Positions 35,456 to 45,216 of a stretch of DNA of 64,000 nt are shown here, piece by piece; position 1 is the stretch's first letter; the number at the start of each line of letters is the position of its first letter. Where the stretch lies: assembly GCA_963654235.1 (NCBI GenBank), contig CAVJZR010000001.1, positions 5,049 through 69,048 on the forward strand, given 5' to 3'. The stretch comes from Bacteroidaceae bacterium. Its GTDB lineage: Bacteria > Bacteroidota > Bacteroidia > Bacteroidales > Bacteroidaceae. The notes beneath the pieces are model-generated. The model was not told where the DNA came from, ran no database searches, and was given only the letters and a program-made list of their open reading frames with translations. Made by a program: the position numbers and the translations under genes.

Positions 35456-37177
35456 CTACAATCCTGTTTTATAAATATTAGAAGTAAATGTTTTAGAGCC
35501 CATATCCCCAAACAATGTTTTGTTTAGTTTTGCACGAAGATTCGTCATTCTCTGCTTAGAAATATCAAGTAATACGGAAATTTCAGATGGTATAAAGTGT
35601 AATCTTGTGAGGATACACACTTTTCTTTCCTGTTCTGTTAATGAAAAGTTTTTGTCGTCAATAAAGTCGTAAAATTTAAACAATGACACCTTTACAATAT
35701 CGTAAAGTTCTTCCCATTCCATATTCGTTGGCCGTTTTATAGTTGAAGCATACTTATGAAATTGTAATACCATCGTATGCTCCATAAGATTTCTTTCAGC
35801 CTCTTTATCAGAAGCGAGAAACTTTCCTGTGTACGATGATAATAGGGTTGAAAGCCTGTTGATTTGATCTTCCTTGTCCTTCTTACTTTTTTCAACATCC
35901 ACTTCCAATTTCCGTAGTTCTTCCAATGCCGCATAATATTGCTGAAGTATCTCTATGTATTTTAAATTATAGATTCTCAGTTCTTGTTTTCGCTTCTTCT
36001 TCCTACTATTGATCAAGAAGCTAGTAGCTACAACTATTACAATCAATAATAATATTAGTAAGATGCAGTAAAAATGATATTCTTTCGCTTCAGCAGCTTT
36101 TTTATCAGCTACTTTTTGCTTTTCTGAGTAATTATAAAGGGATTGCGCTTTGCTAATCTCATCGGCAGAATGAATCACATTGGCAGAATCATTAATAATA
36201 GTAAAGAGCTTTGCGTATTTTACTACAGAATCGATCTCATTCAATTGGGAATAGTCTTCCATGAGTCCTCTATACGCATTTTCTTGACTGTTTAGGTCTG
36301 TAGAACAAGAGGCTAGCTTTCTATAATAGTATAAAGAAGAATCTAGATTGAGCGTTTCTTTATAATAGCGTCCCATATAATAATAGAAGAACTCATGTCC
36401 TTGTGTTAGCTCTCCATTACTAAAAAGCCCAGAATGAAGTATGTACTCAGTAATCTGCTTCTTTGCTAAATTCAGATGTTTGTTCTCTATATTATTATCA
36501 ATTTGGATACCAAGCGATGCGGCAGCATAGTCCTTTCTGCCTATTTTCTTATATTCATTATATGTATCCTTCGCCACCTTCAAGGCTTTGGATTTATTTC
36601 CCCACAAAAGATATGCGCCTACACATCGCTCCTTTAACTGAATAGCCATTAATGTATCACTACACATGAGAGCATATTTTCGTGCCATATTCCAATAATA
36701 CATTTCTTCCTGAGGCATTCTTTGTTCATGAAACAAAGATGCTATTTGCCCATATATTCTAGGAAGTTCTTTTGAAGGACTTACTGTATCTGCAACCTCC
36801 ACAGCTTTCAAATAAAACTTAATTGCAGAAGGACAATCACCTTTATCACGATAGACGCATCCCATCATATAGGATGCATTCATTGTTTCTATTTCGCTAC
36901 CATTCGAATCATAATAACGTAGTACTTCATCCATGAAAGATATCGTATCCATCGGGATATATGCTTTATTCATTGCTTCTGCGTATATCAGTAGGTATTT
37001 CATTCGGTTTCGACGACTGAAGTTCTTTAGACTACTCCATTTGTTCTTTAGGATGACGTATGCTGAATCAGGTTGCTTTTCTAATAAGGAAGAAGCTTCT
37101 ACTATCACCTTAGGTGTTGTAGGATTCTCGCAAGAAACCATAAGAATAAAAAACAAAAAATATAGTATGCGTTTCAT
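35456..37177 (-). CDS. Membrane-anchored regulator, paralog of 29126..30691 (lipoprotein signal, TPR-like, TM, LuxR/GerE-like HTH)
   Basis: 573 aa. FILMVSC signal, TM FYCILLILLLIVIVVATSFLI, coiled-coil region, C-terminal LTEQERKVCILTRLHFIPSEISVLLDISKQRMTNLRAKLNKTLFG. Confidence 0.7.
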   Translation of the reverse strand: MKRILYFLFFILMVSCENPTTPKVIVEASSLLEKQPDSAYVILKNKWSSLKNFSRRNRMKYLLIYAEAMNKAYIPMDTISFMDEVLRYYDSNGSEIETMNASYMMGCVYRDKGDCPSAIKFYLKAVEVADTVSPSKELPRIYGQIASLFHEQRMPQEEMYYWNMARKYALMCSDTLMAIQLKERCVGAYLLWGNKSKALKVAKDTYNEYKKIGRKDYAAASLGIQIDNNIENKHLNLAKKQITEYILHSGLFSNGELTQGHEFFYYYMGRYYKETLNLDSSLYYYRKLASCSTDLNSQENAYRGLMEDYSQLNEIDSVVKYAKLFTIINDSANVIHSADEISKAQSLYNYSEKQKVADKKAAEAKEYHFYCILLILLLIVIVVATSFLINSRKKKRKQELRIYNLKYIEILQQYYAALEELRKLEVDVEKSKKDKEDQINRLSTLLSSYTGKFLASDKEAERNLMEHTMVLQFHKYASTIKRPTNMEWEELYDIVKVSLFKFYDFIDDKNFSLTEQERKVCILTRLHFIPSEISVLLDISKQRMTNLRAKLNKTLFGDMGSKTFTSNIYKTGL

Positions 37178-37438
37178 TGATTCATTTTATAGTTCTATAA
37201 TGCCGAATTGCAAAAATAGCAAATTTCATTCAAACACATACAATGATGCAGACATATATTTCTAAGAACTAAATGCGAGTAATATTTTATAACCATGACT
37301 ATCTTAAACCAAATAGATTGCGCCCTTTTCTATATAGGAAAGTTTCATCACATCCAAAAACAAACTATCAGTGTATGAGCTATTTTGAAAAGAAAATGTT
37401 ATCTTTGCAAGAGAGTCTCGCTTAAAGCGAAGAACGCT

Positions 37439-38689
37439 ATGAAAAATAACCAACTACCTAATGATAAGAGGATGAAAGCAGAAGCATTACAGCCCACATA
37501 CGTATCAGAGATGTCACCTCAAGAGAGACAACCTGCGCAAGTGATTACATCGTCAGGGTTTGAAAAGCTAGACCAGTGGGCAGCCGACTGTATTGCTCAG
37601 AAGAAGATTTCGTTCGGTTATCCAGGCAACCACGATATCAAACTGCAAGAGTTTTACAAGTGGTACACCGATAACCATCTCGAATCGATGATTATCAACA
37701 ATGCAGGTGACCCCTTTTCCACCGGTGACCATCCACTTTCGTCCCTTGATTTTGAGCGGGAGGTTATTGAGCATTTTGGTCCGAAATATGGATTTGACGT
37801 AGATAACCTATGGGGACTGGTCACCATGAGCGGTACAGATGGCAACAACCACGGCATCTATTTCGGTGTCAGTTATCTGAAGAAACTCACAGGCAAAATG
37901 CCCATTGTGTATGTTTCAGATGAAGCCCACTATAGCAACTATCGTCTCTGCGACCAGCAACACCTAGACATCAGGCTGGTAAGAAGCGATAACATGGGAC
38001 GTATGCTTCCCGAAGCGTTAGAAGAAGTTCTTGACACGACACGTCCTTGTTTGATGATTTACGCAATGGGGTCAACGCTCAAGGGAGCCATTGACGATCA
38101 AAAGGCACTCAACAAAGTGTTGGCACAACATAGCGATATGGCAGTGTATCGTCATGTGGATGCCGCTCTCTTCGGAGGCTACCTACCATTCACCCAACAT
38201 AGAGATTTAGTTGACCGCAGGGTATCCGATTTCGATTCGATCAGCATCAGCGGGCATAAGTTTTTCGGTATTGACAATCCTTGTGGCTTGTTCATCACCT
38301 CACGCAGCAGATACGAAGATCTATCCACGAACGACGTTCCTTATCTCAACTCGGACATGCGCATGATCAATTGCTCACGTTCTGGCATAGACCCCATCAA
38401 GTTTTGGTGGCTCATCCAGACCATCGGAGATAAGGGATGGAGCCAACAAGCTGAGCAGATTATACAGAACACGCAATACCTCAAATCACAGCTAGAAAGC
38501 ATCCATTGGCCCTATTGGCAAAACCGATATAGCAACACCATCCTCTTCAAGCGCCCTGCCGATGAGATTATAAGCAGATACAACCTTGCTTGTGGCAAGA
38601 TTGACGATCAGGAGGTGTCACACATCGTTGTCATGCAACACGTCACACGGGATGCCATCGATATGCTCATAGCCGACTTGAAGCAATGA
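37439..38689 (+). CDS. PLP-dependent group II decarboxylase, histidine decarboxylase-like
   Basis: Block-wise resemblance to Gram-negative HdcA as I recall it: FGYPGN, INNAGDPF, LDFEREVIEHF, SGTDGN, GAIDD, HVDAALFGGYLPF and the PLP-Lys motif SISGHKFFG. Start set at MKNNQL, downstream of the TAtcTTTG box near 37398-37410. Confidence 0.78.
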   Translation: MKNNQLPNDKRMKAEALQPTYVSEMSPQERQPAQVITSSGFEKLDQWAADCIAQKKISFGYPGNHDIKLQEFYKWYTDNHLESMIINNAGDPFSTGDHPLSSLDFEREVIEHFGPKYGFDVDNLWGLVTMSGTDGNNHGIYFGVSYLKKLTGKMPIVYVSDEAHYSNYRLCDQQHLDIRLVRSDNMGRMLPEALEEVLDTTRPCLMIYAMGSTLKGAIDDQKALNKVLAQHSDMAVYRHVDAALFGGYLPFTQHRDLVDRRVSDFDSISISGHKFFGIDNPCGLFITSRSRYEDLSTNDVPYLNSDMRMINCSRSGIDPIKFWWLIQTIGDKGWSQQAEQIIQNTQYLKSQLESIHWPYWQNRYSNTILFKRPADEIISRYNLACGKIDDQEVSHIVVMQHVTRDAIDMLIADLKQ

Positions 38690-38771
38690 TCGTCAAGCGG
38701 TTCTTCCTTATATACCTCATTGTCATGGTGGCCGTCAGTAGCCTCCACCTTAAGAAATAGAGAGGTCTCCT

Positions 38772-40322
38772 ATGTCTGCAACCCGTCATTTTCCACTTCT
38801 TCCTGACCGCTGTCCGTTGCTCTTGCCTTTGCTTTCGCTTGTCTGCGGCATTCTGATGGGGCGACATTGGCTCAGTGTGGTTACGCCGTGGATGTGGTTG
38901 GCTGGTGGCACCATCGCTGTGGTAATGTGCTTGTTGATACGCCGCCAACAACAACTAGCCTCTCTCCTTCTGCTTATAGCCACTGCGTTGGTAGGTGCAT
39001 TGCTTTCCTCGATGTCGTTCCGGAGTATTTATCGTCCCCTACCTACCACCCAAAAATCTTATCAGGCCGTAGTGATGAGCAATCCCGTGCGCCACGGCAA
39101 GATGGTTCAGTGTGACCTATTGGTACTCGGCCAAGGCAAACCCATCCTCACCAAAGCATCGTTTCTGCGTGACACCATCTCTGCACAACCGCTCACCTTA
39201 CGCATAGGTGAGGGTATCAGCGCCACATCTTACCTTGAACCACCGCACAACTATGCCGACGCAACGTTCGACTATGCCCAGTGGCTGCGCCTTCATGGTT
39301 ATCAAGCTGAGACCTTTGTGCGATGTGGTGATTGGCAACCCCAAGTGGTTTCATTGCGGCCGTTATCCCTGTTTCAGCGTGCGTTGCTCCGTTCGCGTAT
39401 AGTGCGACAGCGGTTAGTGGACCATCTGCACACCCTCCCCCTTACTGCTGATGATGTGGCAGTGACCATCGCGATGTCCCTTGGCGATCGATCATCGCTC
39501 TCACGCAAGGTAAAAGACGACTATTCGCTGTCGGGAGCATCACACGTCTTGGCACTCTCAGGCTTGCATCTTGGTATCATCTACGCATTACTGATGATGC
39601 TCTTTGCACGATGGCATGACAGTTTCTTAACGCAACTATTGGTCATGACTGCCATCTGGAGCTACGTCTTCCTTGTAGGAATGTCACCCTCGGTGCTGCG
39701 TGCCGCAACAATGCTCACGGTATGTACTGTTGTTTCGATGCTCCATCGCTACGCCATGTCGGTCAACAACTTGCTCGTTTCGGCAACCGTGTTGCTAGCG
39801 GTATCACCGCAGACGTTGTTTGATAGCAGTTTCCAGCTATCATTCCTTGCCGTATGCGGCATTGTCTTGTTTGTCCCCAACCTTGAGCATTGGCTTCCAT
39901 CCCGATTGCAACGCTTCGCCATCGTGCGTCTATTGTGGCAGATGACGCTCGTCTCTATAGCCGCCCAACTCACCACCGCACCTCTAGTGGCTTATGTCTT
40001 CCATCAAGCATCCCCATGTTTCTTGTTGACCAACTGGGTTGTGGTGCCCTGCGCCACACTCATCCTCTATCTCCTCGTGGCTACAATCCTTCTCTCATGG
40101 TGTGCCATAGCCCAACAAGCAATGGTGTGGTTATTGGCCTTTGTGGTATCAGCGATGAATCGTTTCCTTGCTTGGGTATCGTCATTGCCCCTTGCCTCTG
40201 TAACCGATCTACATCCATCAGCCGTGCAGTTGGTGGCGATGTATATGCTCATAGCCGTGACATGGCTCATCGTCTATCGTCTCGAAGATATCAGACGTCA
40301 GAAAGCCGAACTGGCAGCTTAG
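38772..40322 (+). CDS. ComEC/Rec2 family competence channel protein (no metallo-beta-lactamase domain)
   Basis: 516 aa polytopic membrane protein with the ComEC competence-domain motif SGASHVLALSGLHLGIIY. Confidence 0.85.
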   Translation: MSATRHFPLLPDRCPLLLPLLSLVCGILMGRHWLSVVTPWMWLAGGTIAVVMCLLIRRQQQLASLLLLIATALVGALLSSMSFRSIYRPLPTTQKSYQAVVMSNPVRHGKMVQCDLLVLGQGKPILTKASFLRDTISAQPLTLRIGEGISATSYLEPPHNYADATFDYAQWLRLHGYQAETFVRCGDWQPQVVSLRPLSLFQRALLRSRIVRQRLVDHLHTLPLTADDVAVTIAMSLGDRSSLSRKVKDDYSLSGASHVLALSGLHLGIIYALLMMLFARWHDSFLTQLLVMTAIWSYVFLVGMSPSVLRAATMLTVCTVVSMLHRYAMSVNNLLVSATVLLAVSPQTLFDSSFQLSFLAVCGIVLFVPNLEHWLPSRLQRFAIVRLLWQMTLVSIAAQLTTAPLVAYVFHQASPCFLLTNWVVVPCATLILYLLVATILLSWCAIAQQAMVWLLAFVVSAMNRFLAWVSSLPLASVTDLHPSAVQLVAMYMLIAVTWLIVYRLEDIRRQKAELAA

Positions 40323-40380
40323 CTCTTGATAGATGCTAAAACTTGCACAGTTCGGCTTTCTGACGTTATTTGTTTCCGGT

Positions 40381-41388
40381 TTATTTCACTTCCCAAGTAT
40401 CGTTGGTCTCAAGCAGTTCGGCAAAGGTATGATAAGGTTTCTTTGCCTTCACCTCTTCTATCTGATCATTGACACACTGATCATAGGTAGGTGCTTCCAC
40501 ATCGCGGATCACGCCAAGCGCTATCGGAAAACCATGTTCGTTATCCATCATAGCAAGCTTGAGCTGCAACGTGTTGTCCTGGCAGTGAGCATCATGTACC
40601 AACACATCGTCAAGGGTGTACCCGTCCTCACCTATCTTGACCACCTTCAGACCGAATCCTTCCTGCACCAATCCGTATTCGTTATCTTCGCCGAACACCA
40701 GTTTCTCTCCGTGCTTCACGTAGATGGCGTTCTTCTTACGACCTTCACGATTGTAGATTGGCTCATAACATCCGTTGTTGAAGATCATACAGTTTTGCAG
40801 AATCTCGCAAACCGATGCGCCCTTATGTCTATATGCCGCCTTCAGAATCTCCACGGTCTCTGATCCGTCAGTGGCCACAGAGCGAGCAAAGAATCGTCCA
40901 CGCGCACCAAAACAGAGTTCGGCAGGACGGAAGGGATCCTCCACGGTGCCGTAAGGACTCGACTTGGATACAAATCCACGAGGAGATGTAGGCGAATATT
41001 GTCCTTTGGTCAAGCCATAGATACGATTGTTAAGCAAGATCATGTTTAGGTCTATGTTTCGTCTCATGGCATGGATGAAGTGGTTACCGCCGATAGCCAA
41101 TCCGTCACCATCGCCTGACACCTGCCATACGGTGAGCTCGGGGTTCACAATCTTGGTTCCCGTAGCTACCGCTGCCGCACGTCCGTGAATGGTCTGCATG
41201 GCATAGGTGTTCATATAATAAGGTAAACGGCTCGAGCATCCGATACCCGATATCACCGCTGTCTGATGGGGTGGCACGCCTATCTCGGCCATAGCCTTCT
41301 GCAGACTAGCCAGGAAGAAATGATCACCGCAACCAGGACACCATCTAGGTTGTCCTTTCTTAAAGTCTTTTGCTGTATATTGAGTCAT
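40381..41388 (-). CDS. korB: 2-oxoacid:ferredoxin oxidoreductase, beta subunit
   Basis: TPP-binding subunit motifs (WCPGCGDH, GDGDGLAIGGNH). Start set at MTQYTAKDF (41388), 22 nt after the korA stop; the ORF extends to 41481. Confidence 0.85.
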   Translation of the reverse strand: MTQYTAKDFKKGQPRWCPGCGDHFFLASLQKAMAEIGVPPHQTAVISGIGCSSRLPYYMNTYAMQTIHGRAAAVATGTKIVNPELTVWQVSGDGDGLAIGGNHFIHAMRRNIDLNMILLNNRIYGLTKGQYSPTSPRGFVSKSSPYGTVEDPFRPAELCFGARGRFFARSVATDGSETVEILKAAYRHKGASVCEILQNCMIFNNGCYEPIYNREGRKKNAIYVKHGEKLVFGEDNEYGLVQEGFGLKVVKIGEDGYTLDDVLVHDAHCQDNTLQLKLAMMDNEHGFPIALGVIRDVEAPTYDQCVNDQIEEVKAKKPYHTFAELLETNDTWEVK

Positions 41389-41410
41389 GGTGTGAATGCT
41401 TTTGCTGTTG

Positions 41411-43312
41411 TTATTCGATGATTCGTTCATAGTAGGTCTCGCCCGGAGTCTCAGGTTCCTTGATCTCAAGCACGTGCTCAAAGCTCTTCACCAGTTCGCT
41501 CACCACAAAGGGTTGACCTTTCACTTGGTTATATTGATAAGGTGCAAAGTTGTTCACACGGATACGAAGCAAGGATGCCAACTGACCTAGATTCTGCTCT
41601 GCCACCACCACTTTCTTGTAGCTTAGCAACACGTCTGCGGTGTTGTTAGGTAGCGGGTTGATATACTTAAACTGTGCCAGCGCCACCTTGTGTCCCTTCT
41701 TACGCAGTTCTTGCATAGCCGAATAGAGATGACCATAAGTGGAACCAAATCCCACAATCAGCAGATCGGCATCCTCGTCGCCCTCCACCTGTAATGCGGG
41801 AGGATTGATCTGTTGCACCTTCTCATAGCGTAGGTGATCCATGAGGTTGTGATTCTCGGGCTCGGTAGAGATACTTCCGGTCTCGCCATCTTTCTCTAGA
41901 CCACCTAAGATATGCGTGTACCCTTCCTGTCCGGGTATAGCCCAGTAGCGTACGCAGCTCTTCGGGTCACGCTGATAAGGCGTGTACTTATACTTCTGAT
42001 CCTTGGTCACATAGTGAGGATGAATCTCGGGCAGGTCTTCGATGTTGGGCAGACGCCATGCTGCCGAACCATTGGCGATGAAGGCGTCGGTTAAGAGCAC
42101 CACCGGAGTCATGTGTTCCAAGGCTATCTTACATGCCATGAATGCGGCATCAAAACAGTCAGTGGGACTAGTTGCTGCGATGACAGGCATCGGACTCTCA
42201 CCATTACGGCCATAGAGCACCTGCAACAAGTCGGTCTGCTCGCTCTTGGTGGGCAATCCGGTGGATGGTCCACCACGCTGCACGTCAATCACTACCAAGG
42301 GCAACTCGTCTATCACAGCAAGGTTGAGCGCCTCGCTCTTTAGGCAGATACCTGGTCCTGAGGTGGAAGTGGCTGCCAATGCTCCAGCAAACGAGGCTCC
42401 GATGGCACTCGCGCACGCCGATATTTCGTCTTCACATTGTACCGTAATCACGCCAAGCGACTTATGCTTGGACAGCTCATGAAGGATGTCGGTAGCTGGG
42501 GTGATGGGGTAAGAACCTAGATATAGCTTCAGTCCGGCACGCTCAGCAGCGGCAATCAAACCATAAGCGGTGGCTTTGTTACCAGTGATGTCCATATATC
42601 GACCGGGCACCTTGTGCTTGGATTCGATACGATAAGTAGCGGGGACAGATGATTGTGAGTTGTAACCATAGTCGTATCCAGCTGCCACCACCTTGATGTT
42701 AGCTTCAGCAATGGCAGGTTTCTTACGAAACTTCTCGCGTAGGAAGTTGTTGACTAGCTCCAAGTCGCGATTGAACAACCAGCACACCAGTCCTAAGGCA
42801 AACATGTTGCGACACTTGAGCACGGCTTTGTTATCCATCCCCGTGTCTGCCAAGCAGTGCTTCACCATCTTGGTGATGGGGCAAGCCACTACGCGATCAG
42901 GATCGATACCCATCTCGCCTAGATAGTCGTCGCTCTTAAACTGTGCTTTCTTCAGGTCGTCGGGACCGAAGCTATCCGTGTCAATGATGATGGTAGCTTG
43001 CGGTTTGGTGTAGCGATATTGGGTCTTCAGTGCGGCAGCATTCATTGCTACGAGCACGTCACACTTGTCTCCTGGCGTATAGACCTTACCTGCACCGATG
43101 TGCACCTGGAATCCACTCACACCCGTAAGCGATCCTTGCGGGGCACGGATGTCTGCTGGATAGTCGGGGAAGGTTGAGATACCATTGCCAACGGTAGCCG
43201 ATACGGTGGAGAAAATGTTTCCCGCCAACTGCATACCATCGCCTGAGTCGCCCGAAAAACGAACCACTACTTGCTCTAATTCTTTTACATCTAATTCGTC
43301 TGGCATAGCCAT
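41411..43312 (-). CDS. korA: 2-oxoacid:ferredoxin oxidoreductase, alpha subunit
   Basis: 633 aa. SGDSGDGMQ N-terminus and the PFOR domain I/III-like regions typical of KorA. Confidence 0.88.
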   Translation of the reverse strand: MAMPDELDVKELEQVVVRFSGDSGDGMQLAGNIFSTVSATVGNGISTFPDYPADIRAPQGSLTGVSGFQVHIGAGKVYTPGDKCDVLVAMNAAALKTQYRYTKPQATIIIDTDSFGPDDLKKAQFKSDDYLGEMGIDPDRVVACPITKMVKHCLADTGMDNKAVLKCRNMFALGLVCWLFNRDLELVNNFLREKFRKKPAIAEANIKVVAAGYDYGYNSQSSVPATYRIESKHKVPGRYMDITGNKATAYGLIAAAERAGLKLYLGSYPITPATDILHELSKHKSLGVITVQCEDEISACASAIGASFAGALAATSTSGPGICLKSEALNLAVIDELPLVVIDVQRGGPSTGLPTKSEQTDLLQVLYGRNGESPMPVIAATSPTDCFDAAFMACKIALEHMTPVVLLTDAFIANGSAAWRLPNIEDLPEIHPHYVTKDQKYKYTPYQRDPKSCVRYWAIPGQEGYTHILGGLEKDGETGSISTEPENHNLMDHLRYEKVQQINPPALQVEGDEDADLLIVGFGSTYGHLYSAMQELRKKGHKVALAQFKYINPLPNNTADVLLSYKKVVVAEQNLGQLASLLRIRVNNFAPYQYNQVKGQPFVVSELVKSFEHVLEIKEPETPGETYYERIIE

Positions 43313-43544
43313 AATGTTAGGGATTAGTATTGTTTAAAGTTAAAAGACGGGACAAAAGTGCGAAGAAATATCGACAACACAAAATTTTTTCTATAGAATT
43401 TTCATGCGCCTTCCATTTAAGTCGGTGATGCGGTTGTTTCTTAAAAGCCGTTTTTTTACTAAAACATTCTTAACATATGATGTCTCTTTCGAAGGAAAAC
43501 GTTATCTTTGCAACTGATAATATCTTATCATTATCTACCCGTTT

Positions 43545-43883
43545 ATGCAAGAAACTAACCATATATTAGCAATATTGGACCACTATCTCCATGACAATCC
43601 GGATGAGATTGCCACGGAGATAGCCCACGATTTCAGACGGCGAAGGATAGAGAAGAACTTGACACGCGAACAAGTGGCTGACAAGTCGGGGGTAGCCGTG
43701 AGCAACATCACCCGCTTCGAACAGAAAGGATTGATTTCGCTTAAGAACTTGATAGGCATAGCCATTGCTTTGGAATACACTTCAGAGATAAGACATATCT
43801 TCTCTGAAGCCAAGTACTCTACCATGGAGGAGTTGCAGCAAATCAAGCGGAATGCCAACAAGAAAAAAGCATATAGGCAATGA
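43545..43883 (+). CDS. XRE-family helix-turn-helix protein
   Basis: 112 aa. LTREQVADKSGVAVSNITRFEQ is a Cro/C1-type HTH. TAtcTTTG box at about 43503-43510. Confidence 0.7.
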   Translation: MQETNHILAILDHYLHDNPDEIATEIAHDFRRRRIEKNLTREQVADKSGVAVSNITRFEQKGLISLKNLIGIAIALEYTSEIRHIFSEAKYSTMEELQQIKRNANKKKAYRQ

Positions 43884-43962
43884 TATGACGTCGGGATATT
43901 TACGAAGAAGTGAGAATCGAAATCATCCACTTATAATATCAATTAGCAATTGATTATTAAGA

Positions 43963-45216
43963 TCATACCTCCAACACCCATTTCCAAACGGGGATTAACT
44001 CGATGGTTAAACCATTACGCTGCAACAAGCCTTCGTCTTCATATGTTATAATGAGCGCCTTCTTGAGAGGAGAGAAGGTGTGAAGAGCTTCCAAAGCCTT
44101 TGCTTCTCTCTCCAATGTTGCCTCGTCGCTCATCCGGTAACACGCTTGGACGGCTAGTCCTTCGTCTGGTATGTAAAAATCCACCTCGACACTCCGGTTG
44201 TAATAATACAAACTATTGCCGTATTTCTTGTATAAGGTAATGGCGCAGAGGTTCTCTAGCAGTAAGGTGTCTGGATTGTTAATGAATAGATGCAGCAAGC
44301 CATTGTCTGTGAAATAATGTTTTTTGATAGTTTCTTTTTCTACAAACTTCGAAGCATAGTTGTCTAAGGAAATCAATATGCACGACTCCTGTAGATAGCG
44401 CACATATTCCATGATGGTAGAAGTACTGCATGAAGCGCCTGTTGACTTAACCAAATTACACAATCGATTGAGCGAGCAAGGTTGCATAACGCTTTCGGCC
44501 AAGCGACGAATGCAAAGACGTAGAGCATCTTCTTTCTTGATTTTGTGGCGCACCACCAAATCGTTAAAAAAGATACGGTTATACAAACTGTTAAGCCAGA
44601 TTCTCTTCTCTCGGAAATTTACCAGTTCTGGGAACCCACCCCATTCAAAATAAGTTCTGAAATGACGCTGCAGTTCATTGGCTTTTCTCCCATATTGCCA
44701 CCCCTTCGTCAGTGTAACACCATTTGCTAACAAGTACTCCTTAAAGTTGTAAGGAAAGACTTTCAAGTCTAGGAATCTACCACCAAGCACCGTTTCGATA
44801 TCTCTGCTCAGCATCTTTGCATTGCTTCCCGTGATGTAAACTCGATATTTTCGGTTTGCAAGTCTTCTTGCAAAATTGGCCCACCCATCTACATTCTGTA
44901 TTTCGTCAAAGAACAATACAGGACTACCTTCGTTCATGCTATGGTACGCTTGGAGTATGAAATCGAAGTCAGCCGCATTCATATCCTTTAAACGTTCATC
45001 ATCAAAGTTGACATAAACGATATCTTCCATTTTCGTTCCTGTCTCTATCATTTGCTGTATACGTTGATAAAGTAAGTAGGATTTGCCCGCTTGTCTCACA
45101 CCAACAAAAACATAATTGCCGTTTTCTTCTAATGTGACGGGGCGCTTAACCAAGTTGATATCACCAATATATTCTTGATTCTCTGATATGATGGCTCTAA
45201 ACAATTCTATGTTCAT
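43963..45216 (-). CDS. AAA-type ATPase with a DUF4143-like C-terminus
   Basis: Walker A GVRQAGKS and Walker B LFFDEIQ. Start set at MNIELFRAI (45216). Confidence 0.72.
   Translation of the reverse strand: MNIELFRAIISENQEYIGDINLVKRPVTLEENGNYVFVGVRQAGKSYLLYQRIQQMIETGTKMEDIVYVNFDDERLKDMNAADFDFILQAYHSMNEGSPVLFFDEIQNVDGWANFARRLANRKYRVYITGSNAKMLSRDIETVLGGRFLDLKVFPYNFKEYLLANGVTLTKGWQYGRKANELQRHFRTYFEWGGFPELVNFREKRIWLNSLYNRIFFNDLVVRHKIKKEDALRLCIRRLAESVMQPCSLNRLCNLVKSTGASCSTSTIMEYVRYLQESCILISLDNYASKFVEKETIKKHYFTDNGLLHLFINNPDTLLLENLCAITLYKKYGNSLYYYNRSVEVDFYIPDEGLAVQACYRMSDEATLEREAKALEALHTFSPLKKALIITYEDEGLLQRNGLTIELIPVWKWVLEV

Noticed and set aside
24727-37300. Calling the island an integrative mobile element (ICE, prophage or transposon)
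   Set aside because: I could find no integrase, transposase, relaxase or phage genes, and no direct repeat of the tRNA 3' end. xerD (58335) and the Rpn-family gene (62454) are far away and unrelated to the boundaries. Only composition and tRNA adjacency support horizontal origin, so it is reported as a finding and not as a mobile_element feature.
37385-37438. N-terminal extensions of listed ORFs: 37385 for the decarboxylase, 14991 mutS, 24506 ribF, 20405 ispG, 41481 korB, 45294 ATPase, 47522 Lrp, 51475, 52101, 59369, 33782 and 34929
   Set aside because: In each case the extension does one of three things. It overlaps the upstream gene, contains the TAnnTTTG promoter box, or precedes an internal Met that starts a canonical N-terminus or signal peptide. 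Shorter starts were used, but they remain predictions.
43880-43962. Possible truncated hipA-like toxin start after the XRE gene (short ORF MTSGYLRRSENRNHPLIISISN)
   Set aside because: It is only 22 codons long and has no resemblance to HipA N-termini in any frame. A remnant cannot be demonstrated from the sequence alone.
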